Shown in pieces: positions 39,819 through 50,363 of a stretch of DNA of 64,000 nucleotides. Positions within the stretch are counted from its first letter, which is position 1, and every line of letters starts with the position of its first letter. Source of the stretch: Longimicrobiales bacterium (GTDB taxonomy: Bacteria; Gemmatimonadota; Gemmatimonadetes; Longimicrobiales; Gaopeijiaceae); the NCBI GenBank assembly GCA_965202985.1, contig CBDBCF010000001.1, positions 1,952,001 through 2,016,000 of the forward strand, in the 5' to 3' direction. The notes under the pieces were generated by a model that did no database searches, was not told the origin of the DNA, and was given only the letters and a program-made list of their open reading frames with translations. Both the position numbers and the translations under genes were made by a program.

Positions 39819-40229
39819 GTGATTCCGGGAGAGTACGTCTTGGCCGGCGGCGACATCGTCATCAACGCCGGACGCCGCACTGCCACGGTCACCGTGGCCA
39901 ACCGAGGCGACCGCCCGATCCAAGTCGGATCGCACTTTCACTTCTTCGAGGTCAACCGCGCCCTGGACTTCGACCGACGCGCCGCTTTCGGCATGCGGCT
40001 GGACATTCCTGCGGGCACGGCGGTGCGCTTCGAGCCGGGCGACGAGCGCGAGATCGGCTTGGTCGAGTTCGCCGGGGGCCGAACGATCATGGGACTCAAC
40101 GCCTTGACCGACGGCGACGCCGATTCCGCCCAAGTTCGCCAGGACGCCATGGGGCGCGCCCGCGCCGCCGGCTACTTGGGCGCCGGCCCCGCGAGCGCAA
40201 CCGACCCCGCAAGCGAGGCCGAGCGATGA
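39819..40229 (+). CDS. ureB: Urease beta subunit
   Basis: [38 protein letters not shown]. Confidence 0.97.
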   Translation: MIPGEYVLAGGDIVINAGRRTATVTVANRGDRPIQVGSHFHFFEVNRALDFDRRAAFGMRLDIPAGTAVRFEPGDEREIGLVEFAGGRTIMGLNALTDGDADSAQVRQDAMGRARAAGYLGAGPASATDPASEAER

Positions 40230-41944
40230 GCATGGCCATGGACCGCCGGTCCTATGCGGACATGTTCGGGCCCACGGTGGGAGACAAGGTCAGGCTGGCC
40301 GACACGGACCTCTTCATCGAGGTGGAGGAGGATCGGACCGTGTACGGCGACGAGGCCAAGTTCGGCGGCGGCAAGGTGCTGCGCGACGGCTTGGGCCAAT
40401 CGCCCACGGAGACGCGGGCCGGCGAAGCCCTCGACCTGCTGGTGACCAACGCCCTGGTGCTGGACCACTGGGGCGTGGTCAAGGCCGACGTGGGCGTCAA
40501 GGACGGCGTGATCGTCGGCGTCGGCAAGTCGGGGAACCCGCATCTGATGGCGGGTGTGGACCCCAAGATGATCGTCGGCGCCTCGACCGAAGTGCTGGCG
40601 GGCGAGGGGTTCATCCTGACCGCAGGCGGCATCGACACGCACATCCACTTCATCTGTCCGCAGCAGATCGACGAGGCCCTGGCGTCGGGCGTGACCACGC
40701 TCTTCGGCGGGGGAACGGGTCCCGCCACGGGCACCAAGGCCACCACGTGCACGCCGGGAGCGTGGAACATCGCGCGGATGTTGCAGGCGGCGGAGGCGTA
40801 CCCCGTGAACCTGGGCTTTCTGGGCAAGGGGAACTGCTCCCGACCAGAGCCGCTGGTCGAACAGATCCGCGCCGGGGCCGCCGGCATGAAGCTGCACGAG
40901 GACTGGGGGACCACGCCGGCGGCGATCGACTGCTGCCTGTCGGTGGCCGACGACTTGGACGTGCAAGTGTGCATTCACACCGACACGCTGAACGAGTCAG
41001 GCTTCGTCGAGGCGTCGATCGATGCGTTCAAGGGCCGCACCATTCACACCTACCACACCGAGGGCGCGGGCGGCGGCCATGCGCCGGACATCATCCGCGT
41101 CTGCGGCGAAGCCAACGTGCTGCCGTCGTCCACGAATCCGACCCGGCCCTTCACCGTGAACACCGTGGACGAGCACCTGGACATGCTCATGGTGTGCCAT
41201 CACTTGGACAGCAAGATCCCCGAGGACGTGGCGTTCGCGGAATCGCGCATCCGCCCCGAGACGATCGCCGCCGAAGACATCCTGCACGACCTGGGCGCCT
41301 TCAGCATCATGGGCTCCGATTCGCAGGCGATGGGCAGGGTGGGCGAAACGATCGTCCGCACGTGGCAGACGGCGCACAAGATGAAGCGTCAGCGCGGCCC
41401 GCTCCCGGAAGAGACGGGCGACAACGACAACTATCGCGCTAGGCGCTACGTGGCCAAGTACACGGTCAACCCGGCCGTCGCGCACGGCGTGTCTCACTGC
41501 GTGGGTTCGGTGGAGCCCGGCAAGCTGGCGGACTTCGTGCTCTGGAAGCCGACGTTCTTCGGCGTGCGGCCCGAAGTCGTGGTCAAGGGCGGCTTCATTG
41601 CGCATGCGGCGATGGGCGACGCCAACGCCTCGATTCCGACGCCTCAACCGGTGCTGGGCCGACCCATGTTCGGCGCGGCGGCGGGCGCGGTGGGAGCCAC
41701 TTGCTTCACCTTCGTCTCCGCGGTGGCCGAAGAGGCCGGCGTGGCCGAGCGCCTGGGACTGCGCAGACAGGTTCGGGCGGTGCACCACTGCCGGTCGATC
41801 GGCAAGAAGGACATGCGCTTGAACGACCGCTTGCCGCGCATCGACGTGGACCCGGAGACGTACGTGGTCAAGGCGGACGACCAAGTCCTTGCGTGCGAAC
41901 CCGCCGAAGTGCTGCCGATGGCGCAGCGCTACTTCCTCTTCTAG
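40226..41944 (+). CDS. ureC: Urease alpha subunit
   Basis: [65 protein letters not shown]. Confidence 0.98.
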   Translation: MSMAMDRRSYADMFGPTVGDKVRLADTDLFIEVEEDRTVYGDEAKFGGGKVLRDGLGQSPTETRAGEALDLLVTNALVLDHWGVVKADVGVKDGVIVGVGKSGNPHLMAGVDPKMIVGASTEVLAGEGFILTAGGIDTHIHFICPQQIDEALASGVTTLFGGGTGPATGTKATTCTPGAWNIARMLQAAEAYPVNLGFLGKGNCSRPEPLVEQIRAGAAGMKLHEDWGTTPAAIDCCLSVADDLDVQVCIHTDTLNESGFVEASIDAFKGRTIHTYHTEGAGGGHAPDIIRVCGEANVLPSSTNPTRPFTVNTVDEHLDMLMVCHHLDSKIPEDVAFAESRIRPETIAAEDILHDLGAFSIMGSDSQAMGRVGETIVRTWQTAHKMKRQRGPLPEETGDNDNYRARRYVAKYTVNPAVAHGVSHCVGSVEPGKLADFVLWKPTFFGVRPEVVVKGGFIAHAAMGDANASIPTPQPVLGRPMFGAAAGAVGATCFTFVSAVAEEAGVAERLGLRRQVRAVHHCRSIGKKDMRLNDRLPRIDVDPETYVVKADDQVLACEPAEVLPMAQRYFLF

Positions 41945-41969
41945 CGCCGTCGGAGCGGGAGATGCGCCG

Positions 41970-42410
41970 GTGATCGTGGTCCGCAAGCTTCTGGGCAAGG
42001 TGGCCCCCGACGAAACGCGGCGCGTGGAGACGGTGCCGATGGGCTGGGAAGCGCGCCTGCGCAGTCGGCAGCGGGTTCGGACCAGTCGCGGCGCCGAACT
42101 CGGCATCAGCTTGCCCACGGGCCAGGCGATGCACGAAGGGGACGTCCTGTACGAGGACGACCAGCGGGTCGTGGTGGTCGCGACGGTCCCCGAGGACGTC
42201 CTGGTCCTCTACCCCGAATCGCGCGTGGAGATGGGCCGCGTGGCGTTCCAGGTCGGCAACCGCCACGCGCCCGTCCAAGTGGAAGAACGACGCATCCTCA
42301 CGCCCTACGACCACGTGCTGGAAGAGTACTTTCGCAACCTGGGCGTCCGCTGCGAGCGAGCAAAGGAGCCGTTCACCCACGACTTCGGGACCTACCACCA
42401 TCACCACTGA
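41970..42410 (+). CDS. ureE: Urease accessory nickel chaperone
   Basis: RSRQRVRTSRG, EGDVL, AFQVGNRHAP, YDHVL, His-rich tail. Confidence 0.9.
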   Translation: MIVVRKLLGKVAPDETRRVETVPMGWEARLRSRQRVRTSRGAELGISLPTGQAMHEGDVLYEDDQRVVVVATVPEDVLVLYPESRVEMGRVAFQVGNRHAPVQVEERRILTPYDHVLEEYFRNLGVRCERAKEPFTHDFGTYHHHH

Positions 42411-43191
42411 CGCCGGCGCGACCGCGAGCGCCAGCGCGACCGAGCCCGGTGCCGCCCGCCGCCCGGTCGTCGAGCCGTCCAGCGACCGGCCGAGCGCCGC
42501 CCAACAACGCCGGTCGGCCTACCGCCTGCTGCAGATCTCCGATTCGGCCTTCCCCAGGGGCTCGTTCGCCCATTCCCTGGGACTGGAGACCTACGTGGCC
42601 GAAGGCGTCGTCGAAGACGGCAAGTCCTTGCAGGAGTTCGCGGAGAGCGTGCTGCTGAACAGCGCGGGACCACTCGAAGGCGTGTACTTGCGCGAAGCCT
42701 ACCGGTGCACCGACGCGGGCGACTTCGAGCGCCTGCTGCGGCTCGACCGACGGTTGTCCGCGGCCAAGCCCGTGGCCTCCTTGCGCAAGGCCAGCCGAAC
42801 CGTGGGCAGGCAGTTCCTGCGCACGATGACAGGGTACGCCGAGGACGACTTCCTGACCCGATACGAACGCCGCGTTCGCCAAGGAGGTTCCCCCGGCCAC
42901 TATGCGGTGGCGCTGGGCGTCGCCGGCTGCGCGCTGGCACTGGGACTGCGACGGACGCTCGAATCGTTCTTCTACGGCGTGGCGTCGGGCTTGGCTTCGT
43001 CGGCCATCCGATTGGCGCCCTTGGGCCAGACCGAAGGCCAGCGCGTCGTTGCCGCGTGCGAAGAGGCGGTCCGACAGGCGACCGAGACGGCCCTTGCATT
43101 GCCCCTTGAAGACGCATATTCGGTGGGACCCGGACACGAACTCCGGGCCATGACCCATCTCCGGCTGCACACGAGACTCTTCGTTTCATGA
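42379..43191 (+). CDS. ureF: Urease accessory protein UreF (start codon uncertain, possibly ACG)
   Basis: Conserved [23 protein letters not shown] (~42526-42594) lies upstream of the first GTG at 42595; C-terminal HTRLFVS. Confidence 0.85.
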   Translation, partial: TTSGPTTITTDAGATASASATEPGAARRPVVEPSSDRPSAAQQRRSAYRLLQISDSAFPRGSFAHSLGLETYVAEGVVEDGKSLQEFAESVLLNSAGPLEGVYLREAYRCTDAGDFERLLRLDRRLSAAKPVASLRKASRTVGRQFLRTMTGYAEDDFLTRYERRVRQGGSPGHYAVALGVAGCALALGLRRTLESFFYGVASGLASSAIRLAPLGQTEGQRVVAACEEAVRQATETALALPLEDAYSVGPGHELRAMTHLRLHTRLFVS

Positions 43192-43811
43192 GCGAGGCAA
43201 CGATGAACGAACCCGTCAAGATTGGCGTCGGCGGCCCCGTCGGCACGGGCAAGACCGCCCTGGTGGACCTGCTTTGCAAGCGCCTCCGCGACAAGTACGC
43301 CATCGCCGTCGTCACCAACGACATCTACACCAAGGAAGACGCCGAGTTCCTGGTGCGCAGCGGCGCCTTGGCCCCCGAACGGATCACCGGCGTCGAGACC
43401 GGCGGGTGTCCCCACACGGCGATCCGCGAGGACATCTCCGTCAACCGCGACGCCATGGAGCAACTGATTCTGCGCTTCGCTCCCCTGGACATCCTCTTCG
43501 TGGAGAGCGGCGGCGACAACTTGGCCGCCACGTTCAGCCCCGAGCTTGTGGACGCCTCGATCTACGTCATCGACGTGTCGGCGGGGGACAAGATTCCGCG
43601 CAAGGGAGGCCCCGGAATCACCCGATCCGAACTGTTGCTGATCAACAAGACCGACCTGGCCCCGCTCGTTGGCGCCAGCCTGCCGGTCATGGAGCGCGAC
43701 GCCAAGAAGATGCGCGGCGACAAGCCGTTCCTCTTCACCAACCTGAAGACCGAGTTCGGCGTCGAGGACGTCATCGACTGGATCGAGTCGGAGCTCCTGT
43801 TCGTGCAGTGA
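43188..43811 (+). CDS. ureG: Urease accessory GTPase
   Basis: [38 protein letters not shown]. Confidence 0.97.
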   Translation: MSEATMNEPVKIGVGGPVGTGKTALVDLLCKRLRDKYAIAVVTNDIYTKEDAEFLVRSGALAPERITGVETGGCPHTAIREDISVNRDAMEQLILRFAPLDILFVESGGDNLAATFSPELVDASIYVIDVSAGDKIPRKGGPGITRSELLLINKTDLAPLVGASLPVMERDAKKMRGDKPFLFTNLKTEFGVEDVIDWIESELLFVQ

Positions 43812-44743
43812 GCGTTCGGGGCCGGGCGGTCCCCAGCGCCGACGCAGTGCCGGACGCCGAAGCAATTCCCGGCGCCGCGCGCGCCTCGGACGCCGCGATA
43901 GTGCCCGCCCGCGTGGGCCGCCACGGCATCGCCTATTGCGACTTCGAGCGGACGCGAGGCCGCACCGTCTTGCGCGACGACTACTCCCGCGTGCCCTTGC
44001 AGGTCGTGCGGCCGCTATACCCGGAAGGCCTCGACGGCCCGGCCCATCTGACGCTGGTCAACCCCACCGGCGGTCACGTGGGCGGAGACCGCCTGGACGC
44101 GAACGTCCGGCTTGGCAGGAACGCGCACGTGCTGTGGACCACCCAGGGTGCCACGAAGGTGTACCGCAGCCTAGGCGACCCCGTGGTCTCGACGATGGCC
44201 GTGCAGATGGCCCCCGGCGCCGTTCTCGAGGTCGTGCCTGACCCCGTGATTCCCTACAAGGGCGCGCTGTATCGACAAGAGATCGACGTGCACATGCAAG
44301 AAGACGCCCGCCTTCTGTGCGGCGAGATCTTGTACCCGGGTCGTGTGGCCGCCGGCGAGTTCTTCGACTATGCGGAAGTCGCGTTGCGCTTCCGAGTCCG
44401 TCTGGACGACGCGCCGCTGTTGAACGACGCCATGGTGGTTCGTCCGTCCGACCGCTTCCCGGACCGGCTCGGCATGTTCGAACCGCACCCCTACTTGGGT
44501 TCGTTCTACGTCTTGGGAGGCGACCCGCAAACGCTGGCGGCGGTGGTGGCGGCGGCCGAAGAAGCCTTTCGCAACGGCTCGGTGGGCGTCGGCGGCGGAG
44601 CAACGCTGCTGGAGGGCCCCGGCGTCATGATCCGCTGGCTGGCGCGCACGCCCGTCCTTGCCAAGCGAACCTTCGACCGCGTGTGGGGCGTGGCCCGCCG
44701 GATGCACCTGGGTCGCCCCGCGGTGCGCCTGCGGAAGTACTGA
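43808..44743 (+). CDS. ureD: Urease accessory protein UreD/UreH
   Basis: [39 protein letters not shown], terminal LRKY. GTGA overlap with ureG. Confidence 0.92.
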   Translation: MSVRGRAVPSADAVPDAEAIPGAARASDAAIVPARVGRHGIAYCDFERTRGRTVLRDDYSRVPLQVVRPLYPEGLDGPAHLTLVNPTGGHVGGDRLDANVRLGRNAHVLWTTQGATKVYRSLGDPVVSTMAVQMAPGAVLEVVPDPVIPYKGALYRQEIDVHMQEDARLLCGEILYPGRVAAGEFFDYAEVALRFRVRLDDAPLLNDAMVVRPSDRFPDRLGMFEPHPYLGSFYVLGGDPQTLAAVVAAAEEAFRNGSVGVGGGATLLEGPGVMIRWLARTPVLAKRTFDRVWGVARRMHLGRPAVRLRKY

Positions 44744-44755
44744 TCGAAGGCCGCG

Positions 44756-45598
44756 TCACTCGTTCCGCCCTGCCGTGCCGTCGCCTGCGGGCGCCTGCCA
44801 GATGCGGCGCAGGTAGCGCTCGGGCGCTTGCAGGAAGTCCTTCAGAAGCTTGACCGAATCCAGGTCCTCGTAGGAGACGCGGGCCAGGGGCGACGAATCG
44901 AAGCTGTATAGCGTGGCGTCGGGCACGGCCATGATTACCGGCGAGTGCGTGGCGACGACGAACTGGCCTCCCTGTCCGACCATGTCGCTCATCATCGACA
45001 CGAACCCCAGCTGGCTCTGGGGCGACAGGGCCGCCTCCGGCTCGTCCAGCAGGTAGAGGCCGCCGGGCACGAATCGCGACTGGAAGAGGCGCAGGAAGCT
45101 CTCGCCGTGCGAGCGGGCGTCCAGGTCGCGGCCGTAACGGGCCTCCATGGCGGCGATTGATCCGGCGGCTGGACCCCGCGCCAGCACTCTCGCAAGCTCG
45201 GAGCGGTCCTTGTAGTCGCGCTCCACCTGGGCGATGCGCTCCTCCATCTCCTTGCGCATGACTCGCAGCCGGCGGGCGAAGCCGAAGAAGTCCTCGGCGC
45301 GCAGGAAGAAGCCTCGGTGCGACCGCTTGCCCCAAACGGCCGTCAGCGTGCGCGCCAACCGTCGCTGTTGCGCCAGCGAGCCGTCGTCCGCCGCCTCGGC
45401 CCGGCCCACCGTGGGCAGGTTCGCCGTCAGCGCCAACGCCTCCAAGAGGGTGGACTTGCCCGAACCGTTCTCGCCCACGAAGACGGTGACCGGTCCCGGA
45501 AAGCGCACCTCCGCCAGTCCCGCCAGCGCCGGCACGTCGAAGGGGAACGCATCCTCTTCGCCGACCGGAGGCGTCCCCAGCCGGATCGCCTTCAGCAT
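44756..45598 (-). CDS. Stand-alone ABC-type ATPase (COG3910-like)
   Basis: FPFDVP, VGENGSGKSTLLEA, GFFLRAE, RSHGESF, LLDEPEAALSP, ATHSP. Confidence 0.88.
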   Translation of the reverse strand: MLKAIRLGTPPVGEEDAFPFDVPALAGLAEVRFPGPVTVFVGENGSGKSTLLEALALTANLPTVGRAEAADDGSLAQQRRLARTLTAVWGKRSHRGFFLRAEDFFGFARRLRVMRKEMEERIAQVERDYKDRSELARVLARGPAAGSIAAMEARYGRDLDARSHGESFLRLFQSRFVPGGLYLLDEPEAALSPQSQLGFVSMMSDMVGQGGQFVVATHSPVIMAVPDATLYSFDSSPLARVSYEDLDSVKLLKDFLQAPERYLRRIWQAPAGDGTAGRNE

Positions 45599-45784
45599 CC
45601 CCGTGCCGCCGCGGTGCGCCTTGCCCCGGAAGCCTGCATGTCCGCCCCCAGCGCGCCCGCCCCCCGCACCTCCGCCTTGCGTTTCGGCACTTCGCTTGCC
45701 GCCTTGATTTCGGTTGCGCCCTGTTGCCGCCGCCCGCCAGACCCCACAATAGGAACCCGGATCGACATCTGCGACACCCCCGCC

Positions 45785-45842
45785 CCAGTGGACGACATCC
45801 ATTCCAGTGGACGACGCCCAGCCCCGGACGACGCCCAGCCCC
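45785..45842. repeat. Short direct repeats in a divergent intergenic region
   Basis: CCAGTGGACGAC at 45785 and 45804; tandem GGACGACGCCCAGCCCC at 45809-45825 and 45826-45842. Confidence 0.7.
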
Positions 45843-45858
45843 AGCAAGGAGCCCCGCC

Positions 45859-48021
45859 ATGACCCGCCCGCGCTTCGACCTCGCCCTTCGCCGCCCCTTC
45901 GCCGCCCGGCGTCGCGTTGGCGGCGTCCACCGCGCATCGGCCGCCGGTTTGTTCGCCTTGGCCGCCGTCGCCTCGGCCGTCGTCGTCGCCACCGCTGTTC
46001 GTCCGGCCCCGGCCCAAGCCCAAGCCGACGCTTCGCCCGCCGCCGCAGAGGAGCCCGCCCCTGCCTGGGACCGCTGGACGCCCGCGCTCAGCATGCGCTA
46101 TCCGCAGCTCTCGGCCGTGGCCGTGTCTCCCTCGGGCGACCGCGTCGCCTACGTGGTGCGGAAGCCGCTCATGGAGGGCGAGCAGTCCGAGTACCTGAGC
46201 CACGTCTGGGTAGCGCCCGCGGACGGCAGCGGCGAGCCCGTCCAGTTCACCCGGGGGGACAAGTCCGCCTCCAATCCGGCGTTCCGCCCCGGCGGAGACT
46301 GGCTGGCGTTCACCACGGCCCGTTCGGGCAAGAACCAAGTCTGGGCCATCTCGATGGCAGGCGGAGAGGCGCGGCAGCTCACCGACGCCAAGGCGGGCGT
46401 GGGGTCCTACCGCTGGTCGCCCGACGGCAGCGCCGTGGCCTTCGTCATGCGCGACCCGCCGACCGACGAAGAGGAGAAGGCGAAGAAGGAGAAGCGCGAC
46501 GTGATCCTGGTGGACCAGAACTTCAAGAACGGACACCTGTACACGACGCCGTTCGACCCCGCCGCCACCGAGCCAGCGGAAGCCGCGCGCGTCACCGAGG
46601 GCGACTTCCACGTGACCGGCTTCGACTGGAGTCCCGACGGAGCGCACCTCGTCTTCGCGCACCAGGCCGACCCCCGGATCAACACGGGCCGTCTGTCGGG
46701 CGACATCTCCGTGGTGGCGACCTCCGGCGGCGTCCATCGCCCGCTGGTGACCGGCGCCGGCGTCGAATCGTCCCCGCGCTGGTCCCCCGACGGCTCGCTG
46801 ATCGCCTACGTCTCGACAGGAGAGCAGCCCGAGCCGATCGGCCTGGGAGACGTGTACGTGGCGGACCCGGAGACGGGCCGCTCCCGGCGCTTGGCCGAAA
46901 CGCCCAACCGCAGCGCCTCGATCCTGGGCTGGTCCGCCGAGTCCGACGCACTGTTCCTCAACGAGCTGCTGGGCACGACCCGTCACGTGGTCGCGGTGCC
47001 CGTGGACCCGACCGCATCGAACTCCGGCGACATCCGGCACCTGACGAGCGGCGCCGGCGTCGTGGGCGGTGCGGCGGTTGCGCCCGGCGCCGGCGTCCTG
47101 GCGTTTGCCTGGGAAACCACCGACGAGCCACGCGAACTGCACGTCTCCCCGCTGGACGACTTCCGTCCGACGCGGATCACCCAGGTCGCCGACGGCGTGC
47201 CGCGCCCGTCCATGGGCCGCACCGAGCTCCTGTCCTGGAACGCCCCCGACGGCACTCCCGTGGAAGGGCTGCTTACCTACCCCGTGGACTACGAGGACGG
47301 CGCCCGCGTGCCCCTGGTTCTGAACGTGCACGGCGGCCCGGCCGGCGTATTCAGCCAGTCGTTCACCGGCGCGCCCAGCATCTACATGATCCAGTATTTC
47401 GCGCAGGAGGGGTTTGCGGTTCTGCGGCCCAACCCGCGGGGAAGCACCGGCTACGGCAAGGAATTCCGCTACGCCAACTTCATGGACTGGGGCTACGGCG
47501 ACCTGTCGGACCTGCTGGCCGGCGTGGACCACGTGATCGACATGGGCGTGGCGCACCCCGACAGCCTGCTCCTCATGGGATGGAGCTACGGCGGCTACAT
47601 GACGTCGTTCGCGGTGACGCAGACCGACCGCTTCCAGGCGGCGTCGATGGGCGCGGGCCTTCCCAACCTGGTGAGCATGGTCACCACCACCGACATCGGC
47701 GACTACTTGGCCGGCCACATGGGCGGCGAGTACTTCGACGACTACGAGACCTACGAGAAGCACTCGGCGATCTACCACATCAAGAACACGACGACGCCCA
47801 CCCAGGTGATCCACGGCGCCGAAGACCTGCGCGTCCCCTTCACGCAAGGCCAGGAGTTCTACAACTCGCTTGTGCGCCTGGGCGTGGACACCGAGATGAT
47901 CGTCTACCCACGCACGCCCCACGGCCCCCGAGAGCCCAAGTTCCTCATGGACGTGTCGGAGCGGATCATGACGTGGTTCGACGAGCACCTGCGGAAGGAG
48001 ACGCCCAAGGCGGACCGCTGA
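45859..48021 (+). CDS. S9-family (prolyl oligopeptidase / acylaminoacyl) peptidase, secreted
   Basis: Signal peptide, WSPDG propeller repeats, VHGGP, NPRGSTGYG, GWSYGG, HGAEDLRVP, PHG. Confidence 0.93.
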   Translation: MTRPRFDLALRRPFAARRRVGGVHRASAAGLFALAAVASAVVVATAVRPAPAQAQADASPAAAEEPAPAWDRWTPALSMRYPQLSAVAVSPSGDRVAYVVRKPLMEGEQSEYLSHVWVAPADGSGEPVQFTRGDKSASNPAFRPGGDWLAFTTARSGKNQVWAISMAGGEARQLTDAKAGVGSYRWSPDGSAVAFVMRDPPTDEEEKAKKEKRDVILVDQNFKNGHLYTTPFDPAATEPAEAARVTEGDFHVTGFDWSPDGAHLVFAHQADPRINTGRLSGDISVVATSGGVHRPLVTGAGVESSPRWSPDGSLIAYVSTGEQPEPIGLGDVYVADPETGRSRRLAETPNRSASILGWSAESDALFLNELLGTTRHVVAVPVDPTASNSGDIRHLTSGAGVVGGAAVAPGAGVLAFAWETTDEPRELHVSPLDDFRPTRITQVADGVPRPSMGRTELLSWNAPDGTPVEGLLTYPVDYEDGARVPLVLNVHGGPAGVFSQSFTGAPSIYMIQYFAQEGFAVLRPNPRGSTGYGKEFRYANFMDWGYGDLSDLLAGVDHVIDMGVAHPDSLLLMGWSYGGYMTSFAVTQTDRFQAASMGAGLPNLVSMVTTTDIGDYLAGHMGGEYFDDYETYEKHSAIYHIKNTTTPTQVIHGAEDLRVPFTQGQEFYNSLVRLGVDTEMIVYPRTPHGPREPKFLMDVSERIMTWFDEHLRKETPKADR

Positions 48022-48099
48022 GGCTGATCGACGCACGCGGACAACGCAACGTCAGTAGGCGCTGTCGCCGGCGTATTCTTGCCACCGAGGGAGAACTCC

Positions 48100-49578
48100 A
48101 TGGCTGGATCGACAAACAAGGACATCGCGGGCATCGAAGTCGCCGATGTCGGTCCGATCGTCGAGGCCAACGTCGATCTCCGGCCAATCACGGTGTTCGT
48201 AGGGCCAAGCAACACCGGCAAGTCCTACCTGGCGATGTTGATCTATGCGCTCCACCGATTCGCAAGCGATTCTTTGTATTTTCATGGTTTCAGATTTGCT
48301 CATCGCCGCAAACCACTGGGTGACATCCCTTTAGACGGCTTGAGTTCCGTACTGCGGAGCTGGCTGGAGGACGTATGGCTCGCCAAAGGCCGGGACGCGG
48401 GGCGCTTGCCTGCCGAGGTGTCGGCGGTTGTGCGCAGCGTACTGGCCGAGCCCGGACCGTTGGCTGACGCCTTGGGCGAGAGAATAGGATCAAGCCTTGG
48501 TTTTCCCGACCTCAAACGCCTCATCCGACACGACATGCAGGGCCCGGCCACCGTGGCTTGGCATGCCGGTACCGCTGATGCTCCTGTGTCTAGATACGAA
48601 TACACGATCACGCGCAGGGGCAGGCCAAAACTCACAGGCGCAGTGCCCGACGAGATCGATCTACGGATCCCCCCGCGTCGGATTGGCAGATCACCGTGGT
48701 TGTTGCGTCGGCGCGCGGGTGCGGAAGACTTGCGCGAATCCGACCTTCGCCTGCTACTGGCTGACATTGCCGACATGGCCTTCCACTCCACCACTGGTCA
48801 GTTCAACCAACGTGCGCACTACCTGCCGGCTGACCGCACCGGAATCATGCACGCCCACAGTGTGGTTGTCCGCTCGTTGATCGGACAGGCCTCGCACGCC
48901 GGGATTCGTCGCCAGGTCGAACTGCCAATGTTGTCGGGCGTCTTGGCCGATTTTCTCGAAAAACTGATTGATCTTCCCGAGGCTAGGTCGCGGTACGGAA
49001 AGATTGTCGAAGTGATGGAATCCGACCTCCTGGGGGGATCAGTAGAGAGCACGAAGTCCGACGCCGGCTATCCGTCGTTCTCCTACTTGCCCTCTGGATG
49101 GACGAACGGACTTCCGCTGATGAATGCGTCGTCGATGGTGTCGGAGCTCGCTCCAGTGGCGCTGTATCTTCGCCATGTGGTCAGATCTGGGGAATTGCTG
49201 ATAATCGAAGAGCCCGAGTCTCATCTGCACCCGGCGATGCAGGTTCTCCTTGCTCAATTCTTGGCCAGAGTCGCGAAGAGCGGATTGCGGCTGCTTGTGA
49301 CGACGCACAGCGAAACGTTCTTGGAGGCGCTGAGCAACGTGATCGTTTTGGATAGCGTCCCGGTGGCAGAGAGGACTGAAATTTCAGGCAACGACTCCAC
49401 CATGCCGCAAGAAGACGTCGGTGTTTGGCTATTTCATCACAACGCCGACACGCCGGGATCGCGCGTCAAGGAGATCAAGCTGAATATGGAATCTGGAACA
49501 TTTCCGACGCAGTTCGAAGTGGTAAACAAAGCCCTCTACGACGATTGGGCGATGGCCTTGGAGCGGAGTAATGGATGA
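48100..49578 (+). CDS. AAA_15/AAA_21 ABC-like ATPase (defence/TA-associated class)
   Basis: VFVGPSNTGKS, YLPADRTG, ASSMVSELAP, IIEEPESHLHP, VTTHS. GC is lower than the flanks. Confidence 0.85.
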   Translation: MAGSTNKDIAGIEVADVGPIVEANVDLRPITVFVGPSNTGKSYLAMLIYALHRFASDSLYFHGFRFAHRRKPLGDIPLDGLSSVLRSWLEDVWLAKGRDAGRLPAEVSAVVRSVLAEPGPLADALGERIGSSLGFPDLKRLIRHDMQGPATVAWHAGTADAPVSRYEYTITRRGRPKLTGAVPDEIDLRIPPRRIGRSPWLLRRRAGAEDLRESDLRLLLADIADMAFHSTTGQFNQRAHYLPADRTGIMHAHSVVVRSLIGQASHAGIRRQVELPMLSGVLADFLEKLIDLPEARSRYGKIVEVMESDLLGGSVESTKSDAGYPSFSYLPSGWTNGLPLMNASSMVSELAPVALYLRHVVRSGELLIIEEPESHLHPAMQVLLAQFLARVAKSGLRLLVTTHSETFLEALSNVIVLDSVPVAERTEISGNDSTMPQEDVGVWLFHHNADTPGSRVKEIKLNMESGTFPTQFEVVNKALYDDWAMALERSNG

Positions 49579-50107
49579 TACGACCATGAATTCAGTCCGG
49601 GAAAGCATTTTGGCGAAGATTGAACATCGTTGGTTGACGAAAACGTGTCAAAGCGGCGGCGGGTGTTCGGTTGACATGGACAATGCGCCCGAACCATTCG
49701 ATATGATCAACGTCGATCGGTTTACGCCAAGAGAGCTGGACAACATGAGTGACCAGCGAAAGCGTTGCGACTATCTGTACATGTGCACGCAGGTCGGCGG
49801 TGTCGACGTGATAATTGTTCCTATTGAATTGAAGGGAGGCGCCTTCCGGCCGGCTGATGTCGTGCAACAACTGCAGGGAGGGGCTGATGTGGCGAACGCC
49901 ATCGCTCCGGCCGATGTGTCTTTCTGGTTTGTCCCTGTACTGGCATCCCCTTCCCCTCGTCGGCGTCATGTCTGGCGGCAGTTGCGAAGCCCAGTCGTCT
50001 TTCGTGGCGAGTCCTGTGCGATAACGGCGATACAATGCGGCGAACGGCTCACGACCGCGCTGGAGGCGGCAAGGAAACGAGGTGTGAGAGGAAGCGCGGA
50101 ACACTAA
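49571..50107 (+). CDS. Hypothetical protein with PD-(D/E)XK-like motif
   Basis: RKRCDYL...PIELKGG...QQLQGG; overlaps the ATPase stop. Confidence 0.65.
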   Translation: MDDTTMNSVRESILAKIEHRWLTKTCQSGGGCSVDMDNAPEPFDMINVDRFTPRELDNMSDQRKRCDYLYMCTQVGGVDVIIVPIELKGGAFRPADVVQQLQGGADVANAIAPADVSFWFVPVLASPSPRRRHVWRQLRSPVVFRGESCAITAIQCGERLTTALEAARKRGVRGSAEH

Positions 50108-50161
50108 CGCGGTCAGGTGCTCCTGCTGCAGGTTGGTACATCCGTCCTAGGCCAGTTGGCG

Positions 50162-50228
50162 AAGATGCGCATTCCAGGAACAGCTCGACGGCCTCCTTGA
50201 GGTTGTCGCGAGCTTCCTGAATGGTGTG
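50162..50228 (-). pseudogene. HicB-like antitoxin fragment
   Basis: Manual translation of the minus strand gives HTIQEARDNLKEAVELFLECAS, preceded by an in-frame stop. Confidence 0.6.
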
Positions 50229-50363
50229 TCATTGTGTAGTTTCTTGGGCAATCTCAGCACTTTCTTGGGCGGTCTCGGTCGAACTCGCACCGTCTCGGGC
50301 AACGGCGTCCTCTGGGGCGACGCCGAAGCCCGAGCGTCATGTCGTCCCAGGCCCGCCTCTGGA

